Source: Rhodopila sp. | GTDB taxonomy: Bacteria; Pseudomonadota; Alphaproteobacteria; Acetobacterales; Acetobacteraceae | DNA: 57,946 nt | Reading direction: 5' to 3' | Assembly: GCA_031291715.1 (NCBI GenBank) | Contig: JARLIN010000318.1 | Location: forward strand, 1 to 57,946 | Shown here: in pieces, positions 48,019 to 57,946 of the stretch | Layout of the letters: every line of letters begins with the position of its first letter | Position numbering within the stretch: position 1 is the first letter of the stretch | Notes under the pieces: model-generated | Seen by the model: the letters and a program-made list of their open reading frames with translations, nothing else | Databases searched by the model: none | What the model was told of the DNA's origin: nothing | Position numbers and translations under genes: made by a program

Positions 48019-48882
48019 ATGAAGCTTGGACGCCTGGGAGTGTGGTACTCCACTGACAAACTCGGCGGTGCGGAACAGATCTCCGATTTCGTGAAGACCG
48101 TGGAACGGCTGGGATTTGATACGCTCTGGTATCCCGAAGCGCGTGGTCATGAATCGTTCAGCGTTGCCGGGTTCATGCTGTCGCAGACGAAGACGTTGCA
48201 GATCGGCAGTTCGATCGCCTCGATCTATGCGCGCGATGCGTTCACGTCGCGGCGCGGGATGATCAGCCTGAATGATCTGTACGGCGGTCGTTTCATTCTC
48301 GGCCTGGGGGTCAGCCACGTACCGATGGTCGAGGGCATGCGTGGGCACGTATATGAAAAGCCGGTGCCGGCGATGCGGTCGTATTTGAATGCCATCGCGA
48401 AGGACCAGGCTGGGGCAGCGGATTTTCCTATCTGCATCGCTGCTCTGAGACCGTTAATGCTGAAGCTGGCCGCCCAGATGACGCAGGGGGCGTTGCCATA
48501 CAATACGATCCCCAGGCACACGGCGGAGGCGGCCAAAATCCTGGGGCCGGGCAAATTCCTGGCGGTTGAGCAGAAGGTGACGATCGAGACCGATCCGGCG
48601 CGCGCGCGGGCGCTGGGGCGCAAGGAATTGTCCCATTACCTGGTGCTGGATAATTACCGGAATGCCTGGCTGGGCATGGGGTTCACTGAGGCCGATCTGT
48701 CGAATGGCGGGTCGGATGCGTTCATCGACTCGATGGTACTTTGGGGCAGTGCGGATAAGGTGAAAGAGGGGCTGCGGGCGCACTTCGCGGCCGGCGCGAC
48801 GCATGTGGCGATCCAGCCGGTGCATGCGGTTGGGGATACCGCGGCTCGGGATGGGATTTTGAAGGCTCTGGCGGATACATAA
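48019..48882 (+). CDS. LLM-class oxidoreductase (resembles F420-dependent TIGR03620 family)
   Basis: LGVW, LWYPE, IASIYARD, RFILGLGVSH, AALRPLMLKLA, GATHVAIQ. Confidence 0.82.
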   Translation: MKLGRLGVWYSTDKLGGAEQISDFVKTVERLGFDTLWYPEARGHESFSVAGFMLSQTKTLQIGSSIASIYARDAFTSRRGMISLNDLYGGRFILGLGVSHVPMVEGMRGHVYEKPVPAMRSYLNAIAKDQAGAADFPICIAALRPLMLKLAAQMTQGALPYNTIPRHTAEAAKILGPGKFLAVEQKVTIETDPARARALGRKELSHYLVLDNYRNAWLGMGFTEADLSNGGSDAFIDSMVLWGSADKVKEGLRAHFAAGATHVAIQPVHAVGDTAARDGILKALADT

Positions 48883-48909
48883 GGCGGCTCGCGCCGATCC
48901 TGCTTCCTC

Positions 48910-48995
48910 TGTCATTGCGAGGAGCGACGCGACGAAGCAATCCCGCTGATTGTGCGCAAGCACCGTGGGATTGCCTCGCTGCGCTCCCGCTGACA
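48910..48995. repeat. RPE/CGTC-type palindromic repeat
   Basis: TGTCATTGCGAGGAGCGACGCGACGAAGCAATCCC ... GGGATTGCCTCGCTGCGCTCCCGCTGACA. Confidence 0.8.
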
Positions 48996-49159
48996 AGCCG
49001 AGGAACGGTCGACGTCGTTGCGATTTATAAAGACCGGCGTTGGCCCCGACTCTCTACCCTCGTCATCCTCGTCACCCTCGTCATGGGTTAATCTTTCCAC
49101 CGCCTGGCATTGGAGAATGATCGCTCCTGCCTGAAGCGATCATGCTCAGGCCCTGGCGA

Positions 49160-52021
<2,862 letters not shown>

Positions 52022-52023
52022 GC

Positions 52024-52410
52024 TTACAAGGTCTCCAGGAATTCGTCGTAGGCGTCCTGATCCATCAGCGCCTCGAACGCACTCGGGTCATCGAGTTCCA
52101 GGCGGAAGAACCAGCCCTCGCCTTCCGCATCGCTGTTCACGATGGAGGGGTCTTCGACAATCGTCTCATTGATCTCCACGATCTTGCCGGCTAGAGGCGA
52201 ATAGACGTCCGACGCGGCCTTGACGCTTTCGACGACGGCGCAGGCTTCGGCCTCGGCCACCTGGCGCTCCAGCTCGGGCAGTTCGACATGGACGAGGTCG
52301 CCAAGCTGCTCCTGGGCGTGGTCAGTAATGCCGACGGTGGCGATGTCGCCATCCAGCACGACCCATTCGTGGTCTTTAGTGTATCGCTTGTCCGCACTCT
52401 TGTTCGCCAT
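52024..52410 (-). CDS. gcvH: Glycine cleavage system H protein
   Basis: [22 protein letters not shown] lipoyl Lys. Confidence 0.98.
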   Translation of the reverse strand: MANKSADKRYTKDHEWVVLDGDIATVGITDHAQEQLGDLVHVELPELERQVAEAEACAVVESVKAASDVYSPLAGKIVEINETIVEDPSIVNSDAEGEGWFFRLELDDPSAFEALMDQDAYDEFLETL

Positions 52411-52425
52411 GGGCAGCATTCCTTT

Positions 52426-53613
52426 TCAGCGTATGTAGTGGTGGGGTGTGAACGGGAGTGGTACGACCGTCGCGGGGATCGTCTTGCCGCGCACGATCAG
52501 GTTCAGTCTGGTGCCATCGGCGGCGAGGTCGCGGCGGACATAGCCCATCGCAATCGGGCCGTTTACGGACGGGCCGAAGCCGCCGGAGGTGATGATGCCG
52601 GCTTCCGTCCCATCGTCCGCCACGATCATGGTCTGGGCGCGGGCCGGCGCCCGGCCATCCGGGCGAATGCCGACGCGGCGGCGCGGGACGCCGTTGTCGA
52701 TCTGGTCGCGCATCACCAGGCCGCCGGGAAAATCCCAGTTCATCTTGCGGCGTTTGCCGATGACCCAGGTCAAGCCGGCCTCGACCGGACTGGTCAGTTC
52801 GTCGATGTCGTTGCCGTAGAGGCAGAGGCCAGCCTCCAGCCGCAGCGAGTCCCTGGCGCCGAGGCCGATGGGGACGACTTCCGGGTGGGTGATCAGGTGG
52901 TCGGCCAAGGCTTCGGCCTGGCTGGCGGGAACGGATATCTCGAAGCCGTCTTCGCCGGTGTAGCCGGAGCGGGAAACCAGACAGTCGATGCCGTTCACGG
53001 TCACCTGGCCGAAGCCCATGAAGGGAAACGCCACGGCTTCGGGGCACAGGCGGGCCATAACGGGGGCGGCAGCGGGGCCTTGCAGGGCCAACAGGGCCCG
53101 GTCTTCCAAGGGAGTCAGCATCGCCGCTTCCGGCAGGTTGGCGGCGAGGTGGGTGAAATCGACGTCCTTGCGGCTGGCGTTGACGACCAGGAACAGGCGG
53201 TTTTCATCCAGGCGGGCGACCATCAGGTCGTCTATGATGCCGCCGGCTTCATTCGTCAGCAGGGTATAGCGCTGGCGCCCGGGTTTCAGGCCCGCGATGT
53301 CTCCCGGCACCAAGGTTTCCAGCGCGGTCCCGACCTCCGGTCCGGTCAGGAAGGCCTGCCCCATATGCGACACATCGAACAGGCCGGCCTGGGAACGGGT
53401 GTGCAGGTGTTCGGCCAGCACGCCGCCCCGGCAGCGGGCGGCGAGGTCTCCGGTCAGGTCGTATTGCACCGGCATGGCATAGCCGGCGAACGGCACCATG
53501 CGGGCGCCATGGCGGCGATGCCATTGGTCCAAGGGCGTTGTGCGCAGCGGGATGGGCGTGGGGTCGTCGGGTAGTGCGTTCTGCGCCACTACGGCCTCCG
53601 CGGTCAGGGCCAT
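52426..53613 (-). CDS. gcvT: Glycine cleavage system aminomethyltransferase T
   Basis: FAGYAMPVQY, FDVSHMG, SRSGYTGEDGFE, GLGARDSLRLEAG. Confidence 0.98.
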   Translation of the reverse strand: MALTAEAVVAQNALPDDPTPIPLRTTPLDQWHRRHGARMVPFAGYAMPVQYDLTGDLAARCRGGVLAEHLHTRSQAGLFDVSHMGQAFLTGPEVGTALETLVPGDIAGLKPGRQRYTLLTNEAGGIIDDLMVARLDENRLFLVVNASRKDVDFTHLAANLPEAAMLTPLEDRALLALQGPAAAPVMARLCPEAVAFPFMGFGQVTVNGIDCLVSRSGYTGEDGFEISVPASQAEALADHLITHPEVVPIGLGARDSLRLEAGLCLYGNDIDELTSPVEAGLTWVIGKRRKMNWDFPGGLVMRDQIDNGVPRRRVGIRPDGRAPARAQTMIVADDGTEAGIITSGGFGPSVNGPIAMGYVRRDLAADGTRLNLIVRGKTIPATVVPLPFTPHHYIR

Positions 53614-53640
53614 CCACCGGCGGGATGCCGGTAGAGATGA

Positions 53641-53833
53641 CCCCCCTCTGTCACGGTACCTGAGAGATTCGGGGGTGTGACCCCTTACTCCGTCGGTGCG
53701 AACCCGTCGCTTGCGCGCGGTCCGGCTTTCCAGAGATCCCTGCCCGTCGCGGTCCCTTGTGCCTGAGCGTTTCCGGGGGCCGGTTGCGCCTTCGGCGGCG
53801 GGTGGTGGCCCGCGCTCTCCCGCGGCGGGTGCC
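53641..53833 (-). ncRNA. Tandem glycine riboswitch
   Basis: Aptamer 1 GCGGGAGAG..CGCCGAAGGCGCAA..CGCTCAGGC..GGACCGC; aptamer 2 CTCTGGAAAG..CACCGACGGAGTAA..CTCTCAGGT..GACAGAG; directly 5' of gcvT. Confidence 0.95.
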
Positions 53834-54136
53834 TGGGACGCAGCGGAGAATGCGCCTGTTCGGTGGTCGATGCCAAGCGGTTTGATGGGGGTGGAGGCCA
53901 GTCGGTCAGAGATGGGCGGCTAATCGCGCAGAGGCGGGTGACTGTGGAAATTTCGGGCAGAGGCCGGTCGCGGGACCGGCGTCATCAACATGGCGAGAGA
54001 AGCGCCCCTAATTCGCCGGAACCCGATGTAGATGCAGGCTGGGGTGGGCACAATCTCCCAGTGGGACAGCGATCCGTGCTAACGTCCCCAAAAAATAGAC
54101 CTGCGAACGAGGGCGCTTCAACAAGCGGAGGAACCG

Positions 54137-54934
54137 ATGCCGATCATCCATGGTAGAGCTTCCGGGCCGCCTTTGCCTTACGCCTACCATGTCCGCCGCG
54201 TCTCCTTCGGCCAGCCGTTCCGCTGGCTTGCCGCTGGTGGGCGCGACCTCATGGCGGCACCCGTGCCAAGCCTGTGTTACGGGCTGCTGTTTGTCATCGC
54301 CGGCTACGTCCTGACCTTCGGCCTGTGGCGCATAAACACGATTTACCTGGTTTTGCCGCTCGCCAGCGGCTTCATGATGCTGGGGCCGGCGCTGACCCTT
54401 GGCTTCCAGGCGATCAGTCGCGACCTTGAGCGGCACGAGCGGCCGTCATTGACCCGCGCGCTGCTGGCTTGGCGGGCGAATGCTGGGCCGATTTTCAATG
54501 CCGGCCTGGCGTTCATGTTCCTATTCCTGGTCTGGTTCCGCCTCGCTGAGCTTATTTTCGCGCTGAGCTTCCCCGACGTGATGGGGCTGGACGCGCGGGG
54601 CGTGCTGAACGCCATCCTGTTCACCGCGGACGGGTGGACGTTCCTGGCACTCTTCCTGGCTCTTGGCGCAGCCATGGCAGTGCTGGCGTTCGCCGGCGGT
54701 GCCTTCGCCCTACCGATGCTCCTGGACCGCAAGATCGGCATGTCAGAGGCGATCGCGACCAGCTTCGCGGCGGTGATGCTGAACCTGCGCACCATGGCAC
54801 TGTGGGCGGCACTGCTGGTGGTGCTGACCTTGGCGGGGATGGCGGCGTTCTATGTCGGCCTGGCCATAACCCTGCCGCTGGCGGGGCATGCGACGTGGCA
54901 CGCCTACCGGGCAGTGATCAGGCCGAAAGCGTAG
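54137..54934 (+). CDS. DUF2189 integral membrane protein
   Basis: PFRWLAAGGRDL, SLCYG, GFMMLGP, PMLLDR, PLAGHATWHAYR. Confidence 0.88.
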   Translation: MPIIHGRASGPPLPYAYHVRRVSFGQPFRWLAAGGRDLMAAPVPSLCYGLLFVIAGYVLTFGLWRINTIYLVLPLASGFMMLGPALTLGFQAISRDLERHERPSLTRALLAWRANAGPIFNAGLAFMFLFLVWFRLAELIFALSFPDVMGLDARGVLNAILFTADGWTFLALFLALGAAMAVLAFAGGAFALPMLLDRKIGMSEAIATSFAAVMLNLRTMALWAALLVVLTLAGMAAFYVGLAITLPLAGHATWHAYRAVIRPKA

Positions 54935-54990
54935 CTTCGCGATACCCGACGCTCCGGTGTGCCCGCGACACCGCCCTTCGCTACGGCGCT

Positions 54991-55566
54991 TCAATCCGCG
55001 TAGGTAATCCCCCACGCCGTCGCCCCGTTCACCGGCGGCTCGCACCAGATCGGCACCGCGTTTCGGGTCCGCACATTGGGCTCGTGTCCCATCGCGCCGC
55101 GCATCGCCCGGAACAGCGCCCCGTGCGCGACGACCAGCACCACCGGCGGCCGAGCGGTGCAGCGGTTGATGGCGGAAACCGCCCGGGTTGTCAGGGACCG
55201 GAAACTCTCCGCCCCTTCCGGCGTCAGCACCCCGTCCACCCAGTGGGAAAACCACTCCGACATCGGCTTGCCTTCCTGCACGCCGAACGCGACCTCCCGC
55301 AATCCGTCATCGACCTGCACCGGCAAACCGAGTTCAGCCGCGGCGATTTCCGCGGTGACCTTCGCGCGTGACAGCGGCGAGGAAATGACGTTCCGGATCC
55401 CCCGGTTGCGCAGCAGCAGCGAAGCCGACCGGGCCTGCGCCAGCCCGGTCTCGTTCAATGGGATATCGACGTTCCCCTGGGATAGGCCCTGGGCGTTCCA
55501 GTCAGTCTCACCATGGCGCAGGAACCAGAACGCGACAGGAAGCAGCTTGTCAGAGGAACCGGTCAT
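54991..55566 (-). CDS. Histidine phosphatase (phosphoglycerate mutase family)
   Basis: LRHGETDWN, SSPLSRA, LREVAFG, VAHG. Confidence 0.93.
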   Translation of the reverse strand: MTGSSDKLLPVAFWFLRHGETDWNAQGLSQGNVDIPLNETGLAQARSASLLLRNRGIRNVISSPLSRAKVTAEIAAAELGLPVQVDDGLREVAFGVQEGKPMSEWFSHWVDGVLTPEGAESFRSLTTRAVSAINRCTARPPVVLVVAHGALFRAMRGAMGHEPNVRTRNAVPIWCEPPVNGATAWGITYAD

Positions 55567-55570
55567 GCGA

Positions 55571-56185
55571 TCAGGCCAAGCCTTCCTGCAGAAGCACGCG
55601 CTGGACGGCAGGCCGAGCGGTCATGCGCTCGAAATGGGCGGCGACATTGGCTGGCAGGGTGATGCCGACGCGCTTCGCCCAGAACGACACGTAGAAGATC
55701 GCGGAATCGGCGATGGAGAACTTGCCCACCGCGTATTCCTTGCCTGCCAGCGCCTTGTCCAACAGCGCAAAGCCCTTTTCGGCGATCTCCTTGCCCTTGG
55801 TCTTCACCGCCTCCTCATCCACCGCATTCGGCGTGAAATTGGACGGGCGGAACTGCCGGGCGAAACCCTGCATGTGGATCGTGGCGACCGCGTAGTCCAT
55901 CAGCTCCAGCGCGCGGGCCTGTTGGTCGATGTCGTCCGGCAGCAGGTTGGCGAAGGGGTTGCTGCGCGCCAGCCAGTAGGCGATCGCGGGATACTCGGTC
56001 AGCACCGAGCCGTCGTCGCGGACCAGTGTGGGCACCTTCGATTTGGGGTTCACCGCGGTGAATTCCGGCTTGTACTGCTCGCCTTCGCGCAGGTTCACGG
56101 CTACCGCCTCGTATGGCTTGCCGATCTCCTCAAGCAGCACGTGGATGCCGATCGAGCAGGCGCCGGGTGCATAATGGAGTTTCAT
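55571..56185 (-). CDS. Glutathione S-transferase (beta class)
   Basis: MKLHYAPGACS, NPKSKVPTL, LTE..AI, FSIAD; AAGGAG RBS. Confidence 0.93.
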   Translation of the reverse strand: MKLHYAPGACSIGIHVLLEEIGKPYEAVAVNLREGEQYKPEFTAVNPKSKVPTLVRDDGSVLTEYPAIAYWLARSNPFANLLPDDIDQQARALELMDYAVATIHMQGFARQFRPSNFTPNAVDEEAVKTKGKEIAEKGFALLDKALAGKEYAVGKFSIADSAIFYVSFWAKRVGITLPANVAAHFERMTARPAVQRVLLQEGLA

Positions 56186-56202
56186 CCGTTGCTCTCCTTG
56201 CG

Positions 56203-57549
56203 TTATCGCCAGGCACCAATGGCCGGGCGGTCGAGACCGAGGTTCTCCCGCAGGGTAGCCCCGGTGTAGTCCGTGTGGAACAGGCCGCGGCGTTGCAGTT
56301 CGGGGACCACCAGGCGGGAAAAGTCCTCGTAAGCCCCTGGAACGTGGGAGGCCGCGATGACGAAGCCGTCGCAGGCGCGGGTGGCGAACCATTCCTCCAT
56401 GCCATCGGCCACGTCCTTCGGGCTGCCCACGAATCGCGGGTGGTCGTGGAAGGTGCCGCGGCGGGTGATGTTGATGAAGTCGCGCGGCGTCGGCAGGCGA
56501 TCGCCGAGTTCGCGGCGGATGCGGTCGCGCATGCCCTGCACGCCGGTCCAGCTATCGATCTGCTCCTGCGTGAACGGCACGTCGATCGGCTGCTTTGAGA
56601 AGTCGAAGTTCAGGACCTCTGACAGCAGGGACAGGCTGTCGATCTCCTTCGGCAGCGAGTCGATCAGGGCGGCGTGATCCTCAGCTTCCGCGCGCGTTTC
56701 GGCGACGATCGGATAGACACCGGCACAGACGAAGGTTTTCTCCGGGTCGCGGCCGGCGGCTTCGACCTGGGTCTTGAACGACGCGTAGTCGCGCTGCGCC
56801 TGGGTCAGACTGTGGTAGTTGACGAAGACACATTCGGCCCAACGGGCGGCGAATCGCTGGCCTCGGCCGCTTTGCCCGGCCTGGATCAGCACGGGATGGC
56901 CCTGCGCGGACCTGGGCACCGTGAACGGGCCGCGTGAGCGGAAGAATTCCCCCTGGTAGTCCAGGCGGTGGACCTTTTCCGGGTGCGCGAACAGGCCGGT
57001 TTCGCGATCGGCGACGATGGAGCCGTCCTCCCACGCGTCCCAATGACCCATGACGACTTCCAGGAACTCGTCCGCGCGGTCGTAGCGGCGGTCGTGATCG
57101 CCATGGGAGGCATGGCCCATGTTCAGTGCCTCCCCGTCGTTCATTGACGTGACGATGTTCCAGGCGGCGCGTCCCTCGGTCATCAGGTCCAGCGTGGCGA
57201 AGACGCGGGCGACGTGGAACGGTTCAAAATACGTGGTGGAGAAAGTGGCACCGAGACCCAGGCGCTCGGTCGCCATACCCATCACGGTCAAGACGGTGAT
57301 GGGGTCCATCTTCACGCAGCGTATGCCGTTGGCGACGGTGTGGGCGTGGTCGCCGCCGAACAGATCGGGCATCGCCAAGCGGTCGTCGAAAAACCCGAGG
57401 TGGAATTTTCCGGCCTCCAAGGCACGGCCGATGCGGCGATAATACGCGGCGGAGGTGAAATCCTGCTGGGCGAGCGGGTGTCGCCAGGAGCCAACGAAGT
57501 TGGTGCAATTCTGCGCTTGCAGGAAGCCGACCAGCGTCATTTGCCGCAT
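56203..57549 (-). CDS. NtaA/DmoA family FMN-dependent monooxygenase (LLM class)
   Basis: WRHP, FATLD..GRAAWNIVTS, RYDRADEF, PVLIQAGQSGRG, VVPELQRRG, TLRENLG. Confidence 0.92.
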   Translation of the reverse strand: MRQMTLVGFLQAQNCTNFVGSWRHPLAQQDFTSAAYYRRIGRALEAGKFHLGFFDDRLAMPDLFGGDHAHTVANGIRCVKMDPITVLTVMGMATERLGLGATFSTTYFEPFHVARVFATLDLMTEGRAAWNIVTSMNDGEALNMGHASHGDHDRRYDRADEFLEVVMGHWDAWEDGSIVADRETGLFAHPEKVHRLDYQGEFFRSRGPFTVPRSAQGHPVLIQAGQSGRGQRFAARWAECVFVNYHSLTQAQRDYASFKTQVEAAGRDPEKTFVCAGVYPIVAETRAEAEDHAALIDSLPKEIDSLSLLSEVLNFDFSKQPIDVPFTQEQIDSWTGVQGMRDRIRRELGDRLPTPRDFINITRRGTFHDHPRFVGSPKDVADGMEEWFATRACDGFVIAASHVPGAYEDFSRLVVPELQRRGLFHTDYTGATLRENLGLDRPAIGAWR

Positions 57550-57627
57550 TTTGTTCGTTCTCCCTGTCGCCTCTCGGGGCATCTATACCGGCGGGGGACG
57601 GATGGGGGAAGATGCGGATTAAGGCAC

Positions 57628-57656
57628 TTGCGTTCGGGAACGAACCCGCCTAGAAG
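57628..57656 (+). promoter_or_regulatory. Putative promoter of tRNA-Gly
   Basis: TTGCGT-N17-TAGAAG followed by a GC-rich discriminator-like stretch. Confidence 0.5.
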
Positions 57657-57674
57657 CCGCCTCCTGATCGGAGC

Positions 57675-57749
57675 GCGGGCGTAGCTCATGGGTAGAGCAC
57701 AACCTTGCCAAGGTTGGGGTCGAGGGTTCGAATCCCTTCGCCCGCTCCA
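57675..57749 (+). tRNA. tRNA-Gly (GCC)
   Basis: Acceptor stem GCGGGCG/CGCCCGC, anticodon arm CAACC-TTGCCAA-GGTTG, TTCGAAT T-loop, encoded CCA. Confidence 0.98.
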
Positions 57750-57946
57750 GTCAGTTCCCAGCCAACCATTCTCCGTCGTAATTGGGACCCTTAAAAAGGC
57801 TAGGGTCTGGGCGGTTTTGCGCGTAAGGCTTGGGGTTCGTATCCCGGAACGATACGGGGAATCTCTCTCTGAATGGCGCATTCTCTCCGGAGCTTGGGGG
57901 TTGGCCGATTTAGTCTACAAACATTTTTTCTCATCATATTCAATGG

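Noticed and set aside
49058-49087. Three 9-bp tandem units CTCGTCAYC and the 62-aa ORF 48912-49100
   Set aside because: Too short to be meaningful; the ORF runs into a palindromic repeat and resembles no family
54929-54990. GTAG-type REP between DUF2189 and the phosphatase
   Set aside because: Only short CGTAGC/GCTACG ends pair and there is a single copy; insufficient support

Overview
GC-rich alphaproteobacterial chromosomal segment, most likely Acetobacteraceae (Rhodopila/Acidisphaera-like). This is inferred from the Hint_2 surface protein, the PheT insertion and CGTC-type REP repeats. Core genes: rpmI-rplT-pheS-pheT, etfB-etfA-hbd, gcvT-gcvH-gcvP behind a tandem glycine riboswitch, aminopeptidase P, trmO/tsaA and tRNA-Gly(GCC). 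The first 5.4 kb is the most unusual part. A consensus sigma54 promoter with an upstream enhancer-like box precedes a PEP-CTERM protein and a signal-peptide-less Hedgehog/intein (Hint) protein, followed by a stand-alone FkbH + acyl carrier protein pair. Other accessory content includes a split ThDP decarboxylase with a non-canonical cofactor motif, hydantoinase/oxoprolinase A/B, a tandem retropepsin gene coupled to a LysR gene, SorAB-like sulfite dehydrogenase, a six-gene ThDP/CoA-transferase/LLM catabolic cluster, and an NtaA-GST-phosphatase operon. Decay scars comprise an M20 amidohydrolase pseudogene and an ABC ATPase remnant abutting a Tn3 transposase fragment. About ten palindromic intergenic repeats are present. 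No CRISPR array, rRNA or intact mobile element was seen. All family calls come from motif recognition by eye, not database searches.
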